DNA of 64,000 nucleotides from positions 1,143,276 through 1,207,275 of the forward strand of contig OZ242168.1 of NCBI GenBank assembly GCA_965205275.1, in the 5' to 3' direction. Shown in pieces: positions 1 through 12,388 of this stretch. Origin of the DNA: Gammaproteobacteria bacterium. Lineage in GTDB: Bacteria > Pseudomonadota > Gammaproteobacteria > UBA4575. The notes under the pieces were generated by a model. It was not told the origin of the DNA. It saw only the letters and a list, made by a program, of their open reading frames with translations, and did no database searches. Position numbers and translations under genes: made by a program. Position 1 is the stretch's first letter. Every line of letters starts with the position of its first letter.

Positions 1-1246
<1,246 letters not shown>

Positions 1247-1335
1247 TCAAGACGGGATTGAAGCCTAGCAAAACTGCGCAAGATTTTCCAGTCGCAGACC
1301 AGGATATCTACAGCCTGACATTATTTAAGACAGCT

Positions 1336-2604
1336 TCACCAGAGGGCTGCATTCCAGTACCCCAGTACGGAAATCAGTTGGCCATTGTAGTATAGCAATG
1401 GAATATGGTCCCTCTCCCAAGGCGGAATACCCCCTTCCTGAAAGAGATTTTTCAATGACCTGTGATGCTTTTCTCCAAATAGTCTGATGCGCTCCCCACC
1501 CCTTCGAAATTGTACCGTAAGCTCTTGTACCCCTTCAGGCACTGCAACACCAAGCTGTTGCAGGTCCGAGAAGTAAAGGGTCCGGTTGAGGCTTTCGATC
1601 ACCAGAGGCCTGTCCACCCTCCATTGAAATATCTGACTGGAATCATGCAGCGATACAGGGCGCAGCAAATACAGGTGATCACGGTAGCGGCGTATTTCTC
1701 CATCTGCCCAAGCTTGCACAGGTGCAGATTCCAAGTCCTGTATATACACAATATCCTCGGCAATACCGTCCAGTAATTTTTTGCTAGGCGCCCGCATGGC
1801 ATGCGCTTTTATCCAGCCACGCAGTGCATTTTTCAGTCTGGCAATCCCCAGACGCTGCAAACCCTTGATATTCAGTATATGGGCATGTTCCGTTGCGGCA
1901 GCCTGTACATCCAGGCTTGCAAGCTCATGCAGGCACTGCACGGCATCACCCTGTAAACCGGCTGTACGGGAAAGTGTCTGCACGGCCCCCGGCCAGCGCC
2001 GAACAAGTTCGGGCATGACCTTAGCGCGCAGGTAATTGCGATCGAAGTCCAATGACTTATTGGCAGGATCCTCTACCCAGACCAGGGAATTCTGTCGTGC
2101 ATACTCATTCAATTCTGCCCGTGAGAAACCAAGTAACGGGCGTAGATGCCTGCCATGTACAAGTGTCTGGTCCATGCACATAGCAGCCAGCCCGGCAGGA
2201 CCGGCACCACGCAAAAGTTGCAGCAACAGGGTTTCGGCCTGATCATCCTTATGATGTGCAGTCACCAGTGCATCCTGCGGACCAACCTGCTCAAATAACA
2301 ATCCGTACCTTGCCTGGCGCGCATTTTCCTCAATGCTTTGCTGCGGCAATTTTTCCACCTTTGCATGGGTCAGCGTATATGCAATCTCCCATTGCCTGCA
2401 TATTGCATGGCAATGTTCTTGCCATTGCTCACACTCCTGTTGCAAGTGATGATTGACATGCACGGCACGCAAGGGCAACCCGAGTCTTTTCATGCCATGC
2501 AGCAACACAGTCGAATCCATACCACCGCTGAAGGCGATGATATAACGGGAAACAAACTGGAGTTGCCCAAAGAAGTGTTGCAAAAAAGAATCAATCGACT
2601 GCAT
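1336..2604 (-). CDS. tilS: tRNA(Ile)-lysidine synthetase
   Basis: 422-aa ORF with the PP-loop motif SGGMDSTVLLH near its N-terminus; conserved position next to accA. Confidence 0.88.
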   Translation of the reverse strand: MQSIDSFLQHFFGQLQFVSRYIIAFSGGMDSTVLLHGMKRLGLPLRAVHVNHHLQQECEQWQEHCHAICRQWEIAYTLTHAKVEKLPQQSIEENARQARYGLLFEQVGPQDALVTAHHKDDQAETLLLQLLRGAGPAGLAAMCMDQTLVHGRHLRPLLGFSRAELNEYARQNSLVWVEDPANKSLDFDRNYLRAKVMPELVRRWPGAVQTLSRTAGLQGDAVQCLHELASLDVQAAATEHAHILNIKGLQRLGIARLKNALRGWIKAHAMRAPSKKLLDGIAEDIVYIQDLESAPVQAWADGEIRRYRDHLYLLRPVSLHDSSQIFQWRVDRPLVIESLNRTLYFSDLQQLGVAVPEGVQELTVQFRRGGERIRLFGEKHHRSLKNLFQEGGIPPWERDHIPLLYYNGQLISVLGYWNAALW

Positions 2605-2646
2605 GGAACAGGTTGCCTTTTTGCATGCAAACGTCAGCGAGACAAA

Positions 2647-3621
2647 TTACTTGAATGTTCCGTATTGAGTAAGGCGTTTATAACGGGCTGCAAGCAAATC
2701 ATCGATGCTCATGGAATTCATTCTTCTCAGGGTACTGGTGAGTGCTTTACGCACGTTTTCACATGTGGTCTCAGTATCCCGGTGTGCACCTCCCAGCGGC
2801 TCCTCAATAATCTCATCAATCAGTTTTAACTCTTTCAAGCGTTGTGCGGTAATGCCAAGCGCAATCGCAGCATCCTCAGCCTTGCCGGCATCTTTCCAGA
2901 GAATTGATGCACATCCTTCCGGAGAAATCACCGAATAAGTGCTGTAACTCAACATCGACAAATAATCACATACGCCAATTGCAAGCGCTCCACCAGAGCC
3001 GCCCTCGCCAATGATCGTACATAAAATGGGTGTTCGCAATTCAGACATGCGCTGCAAATTCAATGCAATAGCCTGACTCTGACCCCGCTCCTCTGCACCA
3101 ATGCCCGGATAGGCCCCGGGTGTATCGACAAAAGTCAATACCGGTAACCTGAAGCGCTCAGCCAGTTCCATAATTCTTAATGCCTTGCGATATCCTTCAG
3201 GTCGCGGCATGCCAAAATTACGTTGTATGTTTTCATTGGTATTACGTCCTTTCTGATGACCGATTATCGCCACAGACTGTTTATCGAATTTGGCGATGCC
3301 TGCGATAATTGCAGCATCATCTGCGTACATACGATCACCATGCAATTCGGTGAAGCCTGTAAACAGCTGGCCAATGTAATCCAGGGTATAGGGCCGCTTG
3401 GGGTGGCGGGCAAGCTGTGCGACCTGCCACGGACTGAGGTTGCGAAAGATCGATTCAATCAGGCTTTGGGATTTGGTTTGCAATCGGATAATCTCTTCAT
3501 TGAGATTAAATTCATTGGCACCTTCAACCAGCCTCAATTCATCGATCTTGGCCTCCAACTCTGCAATGGGTTGTTCAAAATCAAGGTAGTCAGGGTTCAT
3601 CCTAAAACTCAGTTGAAACAC
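2647..3621 (-). CDS. accA: Acetyl-CoA carboxylase carboxyltransferase subunit alpha
   Basis: 324 aa; N-terminus [14 protein letters not shown] and the core [11 protein letters not shown]...[12 protein letters not shown] are near-identical to E. coli AccA. Confidence 0.93.
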   Translation of the reverse strand: MFQLSFRMNPDYLDFEQPIAELEAKIDELRLVEGANEFNLNEEIIRLQTKSQSLIESIFRNLSPWQVAQLARHPKRPYTLDYIGQLFTGFTELHGDRMYADDAAIIAGIAKFDKQSVAIIGHQKGRNTNENIQRNFGMPRPEGYRKALRIMELAERFRLPVLTFVDTPGAYPGIGAEERGQSQAIALNLQRMSELRTPILCTIIGEGGSGGALAIGVCDYLSMLSYSTYSVISPEGCASILWKDAGKAEDAAIALGITAQRLKELKLIDEIIEEPLGGAHRDTETTCENVRKALTSTLRRMNSMSIDDLLAARYKRLTQYGTFK

Positions 3622-3650
3622 TTTTTATCATGTGAAGTGACGATCTGTAA

Positions 3651-6600
3651 TCATGCATTAGTCACCGGCTTCTTGTATACAACATTTGCGCTCAGAACCT
3701 CAGATATTCCTCTCAGATGCCGTAGCAATTTTTCATCAAGGGAAACATTCCAGTCTTCCGGAAATTCCAGTCGTGCCGCCACTGAGTTACTTTCATATTC
3801 AACAAGAATAGAGCAGTTGCCATCTTTAAAGGGAAGCAGATGCTGCTGCAGGTCCTGCACCCAGGAAGATGATGTTCCACTGGTCTTAACCTTTATATTC
3901 AACGAGGTGCCATAGTGTTTCACGTACTCATCAAAATTCCATATTTCATTGGCACGAACACGTACTCGCTCTGTAAACTCATCCCACCCCAGACTGCCCT
4001 TGATGATCAGTATGGCATCCTTGACCAGTAAATGGTTAAACCTTGCATAGTCATTGGCAAATACAGCCACATCAATTCTTCCGGTATTATCATCCAGCGT
4101 CAGAAATGCGAGGCGGCCCTTGGCGCTGTTGCGCAGTCTTATCTGATCCAGCAATCCTGCAACCAGAACTTCCTTGCCGGTTTCCTCACGAGCCGACCGT
4201 GGCTGTCTGGCGTAATGCCCATTGTTCAACAGTTCCCCAACCGTGTTATTGGTAATTTTTTTCAATTCACCCTGATACCGCTTGATCGGATGGCCGGTCA
4301 GGTAAAGCCCTAGTGTCTGGCGCTCCCCGGATAACTTCCTTTCATCGTCCCATTCTGCAATGACCTGCACCTTGTCCGCTTTCATGTTTGTCTCAACATA
4401 AGCAAACATATCATTTTGCCCGGCATCGCTGTCACGCTGGCACTGATCGGCATGACGCAATGCTTTATCAAGATGCTCAAACAGGCTAGCACGGGTATGG
4501 CCAAAGCAGTCCATTGCACCAGCACGTATCAAGGCCTCAATACAACGTCTGTTGACTTTTTGTGAGCCCAGGCACAGACAGAAGTCATCCAGACTTTTGT
4601 ACGCGCCCTGCTGGTTGCGCACTTCTACAATCTGCTGGACCGCAGCCTGTCCCACCCCTTTGATGGCACCCAGACCATACAGGATATTTTTATCATCCGG
4701 CACAGTAAAGTCATAGTGGGAGCTGTTGATATCCGGTGACAGTACTCCAAGACCCAACCCTCGACACTCATCAATAAGATTGACTACCTTGTCGGTATTG
4801 TCAATATCAGAAGACATCACCGACGACATAAACTCAGCAGGAAAATGTGTTTTCAGCCAGACCGTCTGGTATGCCAGCAACGCATACGCTACCGAGTGAG
4901 ATTTATTAAACCCGTACCCCGCAAACTTTTCCATTAGATCAAAAATGTGGTTCGCTTTTTCTTTATGCACACCACGCTGTACAGCACCTGATACAAAAAC
5001 TGTTCTTTGCTGTGCCATTTCTTCAAGCTTTTTCTTACCCATGGCACGCCGTAAAATATCCGCGCCACCCAAAGTATATCCAGCGAGTATTTGTGCAATC
5101 TGCATCACTTGCTCCTGATACAGGATCACCCCATAGGTTTGCTTGAGGACCGGCTCTAGAGCGGGGTGAAAATAATCTACCCGTGCACCGTGCTTACGTA
5201 AAATAAAATCTTCTACCATACCCGATTGCAGTGGACCAGGACGGTACAATGCCACCAAGGCGACAATGTCGCTAAAGCTGTCCGGCTTGAGTCTTTTGAT
5301 GATGTCCTTGATACCACTGGATTCAAGCTGAAACACTGCAGTGGTTTGCCAGCGTTTCAGCGTCTCATATGCCGCCTTGTCATCAAGTGGTATTTCATCG
5401 ATATGGATACGTGGCCGGCCCTGCTGGTTGAGTTTTTCATTAGCGATGCGAACGGTGTTATCAATAATGGTAAGTGTGCGCAACCCCAGGAAATCAAATT
5501 TAACCAAACCAATGGTCTCAACATCATCCTTATCCAGCTGTGTAACCACATTGGTGCCACCCGCCTCACAATACAAAGGGGTAAACTCGGTGAGTTCAGA
5601 AGGTGCGATCACTACTCCACCGGCGTGCTTGCCTGCATTACGCACGAGACCCTCAAGGCTTTTGGCCATGTCCATGACCGTGCGTATATCCTGTTCGCTC
5701 TCATACTGTTCCTGCAGTGCAGGCTCACGCTCCAGTGCCTTGTTCAAGGTCATACCGACTTCAAACGGAATTAGCTTGGCAATGCGGTCGATAAACCCGT
5801 AAGGATATCCAAGCACGCGACCGACATCGCGTACCACTGCACGTGCGGCCATACTGCCATAGGTAATAATCTGGCTGACATGGGTCTGTCCATAGCGTTG
5901 CGCTACGTATTCAATCACACGATCACGGTTCGCCATGCAAAAATCAATATCAAAGTCGGGCATGGACACACGTTCGGGGTTTAAAAAGCGTTCAAACAGC
6001 AAGTCGTACTGCAATGGATCAATATCGGTAATGCCCAGCGAATAGGAAACCAGAGACCCGGCACCCGAACCCCGACCGGGCCCCACTGGTATGGCATTTT
6101 CTTTTGCCCATCTTATAAAGTCAGCCACAATGAGAAAATACCCTGCATACCCCATTGCGTTTATGACTTCCAATTCGCTATGCAGCCGCGCCGAATACTC
6201 TTTCATTGCAGATGAACCTTTGATGCCTTTTTTCTCCAGGCGTCGCGACAACCCTTTTTCGGCTTCAGAAAGCATATATTCCTGTGGCTCAAGTGAATCC
6301 GGTATTGGAAATTTTGGCAATACACTGTCACCAAAGTTCAGGGTGACATTGCAGCGTTTGGCAATTTCGATGCTATTGGTGATGGCTTCTGGAATATCCG
6401 CAAACAGCTCTGCCATATCTTCGCTGCTGCGAAGATATTGCTGCCTGGAATAGAGGCGTGGTCGGCGCGGATCATTCAATACACAGCCTGTCTGGATGCA
6501 GACACGTGCTTCATGTGCCTCAAAATCCTGGCTGTATAAAAATCGCACATTGTTGCTCGCCACCACCGGCAGGGAAAATTTTACGGCCAGCTCCAGTGCC

Positions 6601-7145
6601 TCACAGATGTACTGTTCCTCTTCATCACGACCAGTACGCTGCAGTTCAATGTAGTAATTATCGATAAAATGCGAGCACCAGAATTCGATATATGCACTGG
6701 CCAGACTCTCGTCCCCTGCAACAATTGCCTTGCCGACATCTCCATCTTCTGCCCCTGACAATACAATCAGGTCCTGTCCTGAGCCGACCAGCCAGTTGCG
6801 TTGCAAAACTGGACCGCTGACGTCCTGGTTTTCAAGATAAGCCCGCGTAACCAGTTTGGTCAGCATTTTATATCCCTTCTCATTCCTGCACAGGAAAACA
6901 ATTCTGGAATCCGGCTCTTCAGGCGACAAACCCGATACCCGAGCTTCAAGGCCAATAATGGGCTTCACTCCATGACGAATTGCAGCCTGATAGAACTTTA
7001 CTAACGCAAATAAATTATTCACATCTGTAAGGGCTACTGAAGCCATCCCCTGCCTGCTCACGGATTCCATGAGTTTAGGCACACGTACAATACTGTCTAT
7101 GAGTGAGTATTCAGTGTGTAGATGCAGATGTACAAATTGTCTCAT
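3651..7145 (-). CDS. dnaE: DNA polymerase III alpha subunit
   Basis: About 1165 aa; PHP-domain start FVHLHLHTEYSLIDS, then polymerase core and an OB-fold C-terminus. The start is most likely the internal Met (MRQFVHLH); the ORF track extends it to 7178. Confidence 0.92.
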   Translation of the reverse strand: MRQFVHLHLHTEYSLIDSIVRVPKLMESVSRQGMASVALTDVNNLFALVKFYQAAIRHGVKPIIGLEARVSGLSPEEPDSRIVFLCRNEKGYKMLTKLVTRAYLENQDVSGPVLQRNWLVGSGQDLIVLSGAEDGDVGKAIVAGDESLASAYIEFWCSHFIDNYYIELQRTGRDEEEQYICEALELAVKFSLPVVASNNVRFLYSQDFEAHEARVCIQTGCVLNDPRRPRLYSRQQYLRSSEDMAELFADIPEAITNSIEIAKRCNVTLNFGDSVLPKFPIPDSLEPQEYMLSEAEKGLSRRLEKKGIKGSSAMKEYSARLHSELEVINAMGYAGYFLIVADFIRWAKENAIPVGPGRGSGAGSLVSYSLGITDIDPLQYDLLFERFLNPERVSMPDFDIDFCMANRDRVIEYVAQRYGQTHVSQIITYGSMAARAVVRDVGRVLGYPYGFIDRIAKLIPFEVGMTLNKALEREPALQEQYESEQDIRTVMDMAKSLEGLVRNAGKHAGGVVIAPSELTEFTPLYCEAGGTNVVTQLDKDDVETIGLVKFDFLGLRTLTIIDNTVRIANEKLNQQGRPRIHIDEIPLDDKAAYETLKRWQTTAVFQLESSGIKDIIKRLKPDSFSDIVALVALYRPGPLQSGMVEDFILRKHGARVDYFHPALEPVLKQTYGVILYQEQVMQIAQILAGYTLGGADILRRAMGKKKLEEMAQQRTVFVSGAVQRGVHKEKANHIFDLMEKFAGYGFNKSHSVAYALLAYQTVWLKTHFPAEFMSSVMSSDIDNTDKVVNLIDECRGLGLGVLSPDINSSHYDFTVPDDKNILYGLGAIKGVGQAAVQQIVEVRNQQGAYKSLDDFCLCLGSQKVNRRCIEALIRAGAMDCFGHTRASLFEHLDKALRHADQCQRDSDAGQNDMFAYVETNMKADKVQVIAEWDDERKLSGERQTLGLYLTGHPIKRYQGELKKITNNTVGELLNNGHYARQPRSAREETGKEVLVAGLLDQIRLRNSAKGRLAFLTLDDNTGRIDVAVFANDYARFNHLLVKDAILIIKGSLGWDEFTERVRVRANEIWNFDEYVKHYGTSLNIKVKTSGTSSSWVQDLQQHLLPFKDGNCSILVEYESNSVAARLEFPEDWNVSLDEKLLRHLRGISEVLSANVVYKKPVTNA

Positions 7146-7178
7146 CGCTTGCCTGATAACTGTTATTTGAATGCACAA

Positions 7179-7817
7179 TCAACCGCTTTGCTTTTTAGCC
7201 CTGGAGTTCGACCTACCGGTCTGCAAATGCAGCACATCCCTGACAGGGCGGTAGCTTTTACGGTGCAGATCAGAGGGACCGTGTTCCTGCAGGGCGGCAA
7301 TATGCTGTGCGGTCGGATACCCCTTGTGCCGGTCGAAACCATATTGCGAGTAGGTATTATGGTATTTGAGCATTTCTTCATCACGCGTAACTTTGGCCAG
7401 TATGGAGGCAGCACTAATGACCGGGACAGACTGGTCGCCTTTTACAATGGCCGTACAGGGTGTCGCCAGTTCAGGGCAGTACAAACCATCCACCAGAACA
7501 CGCACAACTTCGAATGGCACCGCATTCCAGGCGCGCTGCATTGCAAGTAATGTTGCATTATGGACATTTAGCTTGTCTATTTCGACAGCCGTAGCCCGTC
7601 CCACTGCCCAGCAAACGGCCTTGGATCTGATCTCCTCAAAAAGCTGCCTGCGTCTCTTGGAGGAAAGCTTTTTAGAATCCTTCAAACCTCCTACAGGCTG
7701 GTCCGGATGCAAAATCACGGCAGCAGCAACCACCGGCCCGGCCAGCGAGCCACGACCGGCCTCATCGATCCCGGCCACCTGTGCAAACGAGTATATATTG
7801 TCTTCTATCAACAGCAA
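7179..7817 (-). CDS. rnhB: Ribonuclease HII
   Basis: 212 aa; [21 protein letters not shown] matches the RNase HII active-site region; rnhB-dnaE adjacency as in E. coli. Confidence 0.9.
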   Translation of the reverse strand: MLLIEDNIYSFAQVAGIDEAGRGSLAGPVVAAAVILHPDQPVGGLKDSKKLSSKRRRQLFEEIRSKAVCWAVGRATAVEIDKLNVHNATLLAMQRAWNAVPFEVVRVLVDGLYCPELATPCTAIVKGDQSVPVISAASILAKVTRDEEMLKYHNTYSQYGFDRHKGYPTAQHIAALQEHGPSDLHRKSYRPVRDVLHLQTGRSNSRAKKQSG

Positions 7818-7913
7818 TTGATCAAAAACTAACCAGCTTGCGTAATGTAAGGGTTAGTGGTCAGCACACAAACTTGTATACTGCACATTTGTTTGAAGGA
7901 TACTGGAAATAAA

Positions 7914-8846
7914 GTGTCAGAGATACAAACAGCTGTGATCGGTGCGGGCCATTTAGGCAAGTTTCATGCACAAAAATTTTATCAGCTGGAAAACAGTACA
8001 TTAATTGCTGTTGCAGACAAGGACTTTGGAAAGGCACAGGAGGTGGCGGCAGCAACTTCATGTACCCCCGTCGCTGACTATCACGAACTCCTTGGGCAGG
8101 TGGATGCAGTCAGTATTGTCGTGCCTACGGATCTGCACTTTGATGTGGCACAGAAATTTCTTTGTAATCAATCTCATGTTCTGGTTGAGAAACCGATAAC
8201 CACTACACTGGATCAGGCCGATACACTGATTGCCTTGGCCAGGCAGCATGACAAGATTTTACAGGTGGGACATCTGGAGCGCTTCAATCCTGCAATCATA
8301 GCACTGGAAGAGGAACTGACCGAGGCCAGATTCATAGAATCCCATCGCATGGCACCATACAAACCACGCGGTACAGAGGTCAACGTGATCCTTGACCTGA
8401 TGATCCATGATATCGATATCATTCTCGATATCGTAAAATCAGATGTAGAGAAGATTGATGCCAGAGGCACATCGGTACTGTCTAACGATATTGATATCGC
8501 GAATGCTCGTATTGTTTTTAAAAACGGATGTGTTGCAAATATTACTGCCAGCCGGGTAAGTACTGCAACAGCTCGTAAAATGCGCATTTTCCAAAATGAA
8601 GCCTATCTCTCTGTCGATTTTCAAAACCGTGAACTGGCAGTTTATCGAAAAGGAAAACAGGAAATGTACCCCGGTGTACCTAATATTGACGTACAGAAAA
8701 CCTGTTGTGGTACATTCGATGCACTGTTAACTGAAATTGACAGCTTTTTAAACTGCATTGCAAACGGATCTCTGCCCAAGGTTACCGGGCAAGACGGCAA
8801 GCGTGCCCTGCAAACTGCTATTTCAATCAGTGAGCAACTGACCTAG
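7914..8846 (+). CDS. gnnA: Gfo/Idh/MocA-family NAD-dependent oxidoreductase, GnnA-like UDP-GlcNAc 3-dehydrogenase candidate
   Basis: Rossmann motif VIGAGHLGKFHAQKF at the N-terminus. Sits immediately upstream of a DegT aminotransferase and lpxB, the arrangement described for GnnA/GnnB. Probable GTG start at 7914 with AGGA upstream; the ORF track begins at 7857. Confidence 0.55.
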   Translation: MSEIQTAVIGAGHLGKFHAQKFYQLENSTLIAVADKDFGKAQEVAAATSCTPVADYHELLGQVDAVSIVVPTDLHFDVAQKFLCNQSHVLVEKPITTTLDQADTLIALARQHDKILQVGHLERFNPAIIALEEELTEARFIESHRMAPYKPRGTEVNVILDLMIHDIDIILDIVKSDVEKIDARGTSVLSNDIDIANARIVFKNGCVANITASRVSTATARKMRIFQNEAYLSVDFQNRELAVYRKGKQEMYPGVPNIDVQKTCCGTFDALLTEIDSFLNCIANGSLPKVTGQDGKRALQTAISISEQLT

Positions 8847-8876
8847 CCCCCTCAACTCACCCGGAATACACCGTCA

Positions 8877-9974
8877 ATGATTCCAATGCTGGACCTGAAA
8901 TTGCAATATGTACTGTTGCAACAGGAAATCGACGCTGCTATTGCGGAGGTACTTTCTAGCACACAATTCATACAGGGTCCAAATGTCAAACAGTTTGAGA
9001 TAGAAGCGGCTAGATATCTGGATGTAAGACACGCCATTTCATGCAATTCCGGGAGCGATGCACTGCACCTGGCATTGCGTGCTTGCGAGATCGGGAACAA
9101 TGATGAGGTCATCACGACACCCTTCAGCTTTGCAGCTACCGCCGAGGCAATTGGTCATGTGGGGGCTACTGCAGTGTTCGTCGATATTGACCCGGTCACA
9201 TTCAGCATCACTGCCGAATCGATCGAACCGGCGATAAATTCCAGAACCCGCGTCATCCTGCCTGTACACATATTTGGCCAAGCGGCAGACATGCATGCTA
9301 TTTGCAAACTGGCACAGCAGCATGATTTGCTGGTTATTGAAGATTGTGCACAGTCATTCGGGGCCCGAGTTGCGCAAAAACATACAGGTTCCCTGGGCCA
9401 TGCAGGCTGTTTCAGTTTTTTTCCCAGTAAAAACCTAGGCAGCTGTGGGGATGGTGGCCTGTTTACTACAGACTCTGATGAACTGGCAGAACAGTTTACC
9501 TTATTGAAAAATCACGGCAGCAAAACCCGCAACCAGCATCAGATCATCGGGTGGAACAGTCGTCTCGATGAGTTACAGGCAGCTATATTAAGAGTTAAAC
9601 TTAAATATCTAGACAGGTTTACTCAGCAACGAATCCATGCCGCCAAACACTACAGCGATATGCTTGACCCATTACCCATACAGGTACCGTACCAAACGGA
9701 CGGCCTGTCGCACGTATTTCATCAATATACAATACTTAGCCAGGCGAGGGCCGCCATAATCGGTCAGTTGCAGAATGAACAGATCGGGCATGCCGTATAC
9801 TATCCTATGCCCCTGCCAGACCAGAAAGCTTTTTCCAGCATTGCAAGGTCCTTTGATCTGCCCAACACAAATACCGTATGCAAACAATGTCTCTCGCTAC
9901 CCATATTCCCGGAAATATCCGAGGCCCAGATCGAAACCGTTGTGAACACGATCAGACAGGTATATGTCGGCTAA
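8877..9974 (+). CDS. gnnB: DegT/DnrJ/EryC1/StrS-family PLP-dependent aminotransferase, GnnB-like
   Basis: 365 aa; typical sugar aminotransferase start MIPMLDLKLQY and a PLP-lysine region. Co-directional and overlapping lpxB by 11 bp. Confidence 0.55.
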   Translation: MIPMLDLKLQYVLLQQEIDAAIAEVLSSTQFIQGPNVKQFEIEAARYLDVRHAISCNSGSDALHLALRACEIGNNDEVITTPFSFAATAEAIGHVGATAVFVDIDPVTFSITAESIEPAINSRTRVILPVHIFGQAADMHAICKLAQQHDLLVIEDCAQSFGARVAQKHTGSLGHAGCFSFFPSKNLGSCGDGGLFTTDSDELAEQFTLLKNHGSKTRNQHQIIGWNSRLDELQAAILRVKLKYLDRFTQQRIHAAKHYSDMLDPLPIQVPYQTDGLSHVFHQYTILSQARAAIIGQLQNEQIGHAVYYPMPLPDQKAFSSIARSFDLPNTNTVCKQCLSLPIFPEISEAQIETVVNTIRQVYVG

Positions 9975-11118
9975 GTGCCTGGCGCCGCGCCTGATGATCG
10001 TTGCGGGAGAGGCTTCCGGAGATTTGCATGGTGCCAAGCTGATCCTTGAGTTGAAGAAAATTCTGCCGGATGTGACCTGTTATGGCCTTGGAGGCAGCCA
10101 CATGCGCAGGGCCGGAGTCAATACCATTGTCGATGCATCAGAGCTATCCGTGATCGGCTTGATCGAGGTGCTCAGACATTATCCTCGCCTGCGCAAAATT
10201 CTAAACAGAATGAGAAATGAACTGCAGCGTAATCGACCGGATGTACTGGTACTGATTGACTCACCGGATTTTAATTTACGTCTGGCAAAGGAGGCCAAGC
10301 GCCGTGGCATAAAAGTCATGTATTACATTAGTCCACAAATCTGGGCGTGGCGCTCATCACGCATGCGGGTTATAAAAAAATATGTGACCATGATGGCCAC
10401 AGTTTTTCCATTTGAGGAACAGCTCTACAGGGATGCAGGAGTTCCTGTGGAGTATGTAGGGCACCCGTTATTAGAAGATGCGCGCATTACCACTGACAAA
10501 AATATTTTTTTTAAGGATCATAAATTAAATACGGACAAAAAACTTGTAGGTATTTTTCCGGGGAGTCGAACAAGTGAAATCGAGCATAATTTCCCTACCT
10601 TGACCCAAGCTGCCACCGCTCTCTCGCAACAACGTCCTGATGTTCAGTTTATAGTACCCGTTGCACCGACCTTATCTTCGGATTTGATGGTAAAATTTAC
10701 TCGCAATATACCTGTTGACATCACTACTACCACTGCAAATATCTACGATGTTATTCATGCCTGTGATGCAATTGCAGCAGTCTCAGGTACAGTGACCCTG
10801 CAAGTAACACTCATGCAAACCCCCATGCTGATCATCTACAAGGTCTCACCAATTACCTATCAAATCCTAAGCCAGCTGGTGGATTTTACGTACGCCGGAA
10901 TTGCCAATGTCATCGCTGGCAAGGAGATATGCCGGGAGTTCATCCAGCATGAAGCAACACCCGAAAATATTGCAGGGGAACTGGAGAGGCTGCTTTCAGA
11001 CCATCCTTATACAGCCAGAATGAAAAGTGAAATGAGCATGATCCGAAACACTTTGGGTGAAAAAAACGGCTCCGCTGAGGCCGCGAGACTTGCAGCACAA
11101 CTGATTGCATCCGGTTGA
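9964..11118 (+). CDS. lpxB: Lipid-A-disaccharide synthase
   Basis: 384 aa; MIVAGEASGDLHGAKLI and a DSPDFNLRLAK region align to E. coli LpxB. Confidence 0.9.
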   Translation: MSAKCLAPRLMIVAGEASGDLHGAKLILELKKILPDVTCYGLGGSHMRRAGVNTIVDASELSVIGLIEVLRHYPRLRKILNRMRNELQRNRPDVLVLIDSPDFNLRLAKEAKRRGIKVMYYISPQIWAWRSSRMRVIKKYVTMMATVFPFEEQLYRDAGVPVEYVGHPLLEDARITTDKNIFFKDHKLNTDKKLVGIFPGSRTSEIEHNFPTLTQAATALSQQRPDVQFIVPVAPTLSSDLMVKFTRNIPVDITTTTANIYDVIHACDAIAAVSGTVTLQVTLMQTPMLIIYKVSPITYQILSQLVDFTYAGIANVIAGKEICREFIQHEATPENIAGELERLLSDHPYTARMKSEMSMIRNTLGEKNGSAEAARLAAQLIASG

Positions 11119-11126
11119 CACTGGGT

Positions 11127-11927
11127 CTACTGTACGACTCCTCTTTTGCTTGCCAGAATGAAGTCCAGAAAATTCCGGACTTCGGGGTGTTTTTTTGCAA
11201 GTTCCTCTACCTGCAAAATATTCTCGCTTCTGGAACCTTTGCTTCGAATAAGCAACCTGTAGGATTGATGCAGAACCCTGATACATTCTTCCGAAAATCC
11301 GCGACGCTGCAGGCCCTCCTTATTAAGTCCGTGGGTCGTTGCAAAATTTCCTGACGCCATAACATAAGGGGGCAGATCTTTATTCAGGGCGGTACCCATT
11401 GCACAAAATGAATGTGCCCCAATGCGACAAAACTGGTGTACCAGCGTAAACCCACCAAGTGTAGCAAACTCATCAACCACTACATGGCCTGCCAAGGTTG
11501 CACCATTTGCAAATACCGTGTCATCACCCAGCGTGCAATCATGGGCAATGTGAACATAGGCCATAATCCAGTTGCGATCTCCTATTTTGGTATACCCCTG
11601 ACCATGTTCCGTACCGGAATTGATGGTTACGTATTCCCTGATCATGTTGTTATCCCCGATAATCAGTTCGCTGTGCTCGCCATGATATTTCTTGTCTTGC
11701 GGAATCTCTCCAATCGATGAGAACTGAAAAATCCGGTTTTCTATTCCTATGGTGGTAGCACCTGTAATTACCACGTGCGGCCCAATCCACGTATTTCTGC
11801 CGATACTTACCTGCGGTCCGATAATAGAATAAGGGCCAACTGATACATTGGTGTCCAGCCGGGCTTCAGGATCAACGATTGCAGTTGCATGAATCTGACT
11901 CCTTTCACGAACCCTTACCGAAGACAT
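11127..11927 (-). CDS. lpxA: Acyl-ACP--UDP-N-acetylglucosamine O-acyltransferase
   Basis: 266 aa; left-handed beta-helix hexapeptide repeats; HATAIVDPEARL and ...KRRGFSEE... align to E. coli LpxA. Confidence 0.9.
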   Translation of the reverse strand: MSSVRVRERSQIHATAIVDPEARLDTNVSVGPYSIIGPQVSIGRNTWIGPHVVITGATTIGIENRIFQFSSIGEIPQDKKYHGEHSELIIGDNNMIREYVTINSGTEHGQGYTKIGDRNWIMAYVHIAHDCTLGDDTVFANGATLAGHVVVDEFATLGGFTLVHQFCRIGAHSFCAMGTALNKDLPPYVMASGNFATTHGLNKEGLQRRGFSEECIRVLHQSYRLLIRSKGSRSENILQVEELAKKHPEVRNFLDFILASKRGVVQ

Positions 11928-11935
11928 GGTCTACC

Positions 11936-12388
11936 TCACTTGGTTTCCACACTCTTGAAAACGCACATCAACTCCGCGGTGGCTGCAATCTCTTCACCAA
12001 CGGACGCCTTGACACTAAATACACCATAGTCACGCTTATGCCTGATCAGCTGTACATCCAGGATAAGCTGATCACCTGGACTTACTTGTCGCTTGAAACG
12101 TGCCTTATCAATACCGACGAACAAATACAGACTGTCATCATCCGGGCGCCATTCGGGATTGCTCAATGCAAGCAGACCTGCAGTCTGTGCAAGCGCCTCA
12201 AGAATCAATACCCCCGGCATGACCGGCGCACCCGGAAAATGTCCCTGGAAATAGGACTCGTTATAGCTGACATTTTTCAGTGCCAGAATGGACTCGCCCG
12301 TCTTGCATTCTAGCACCCGGTCTACCAGTAAAAACGGATACCGGTGAGGCAGGTACTTTAAAATTTCATGAACGCTCATCTCAGTCAT
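11936..12388 (-). CDS. fabZ: 3-hydroxyacyl-ACP dehydratase FabZ
   Basis: 150 aa from MTEMSVHEILKYLPHRYPFLLVDRV with FQGHFPG...PGVLILEA, near-identical to E. coli FabZ. The ORF track over-extends the N-terminus to 12511. Confidence 0.9.
   Translation of the reverse strand: MTEMSVHEILKYLPHRYPFLLVDRVLECKTGESILALKNVSYNESYFQGHFPGAPVMPGVLILEALAQTAGLLALSNPEWRPDDDSLYLFVGIDKARFKRQVSPGDQLILDVQLIRHKRDYGVFSVKASVGEEIAATAELMCVFKSVETK

Noticed and set aside
1510-2829. Several ORFs of 60-160 aa antisense to or overlapping tilS and accA.
   Set aside because: They are embedded in strongly supported housekeeping CDSs, which is typical of antisense noise.
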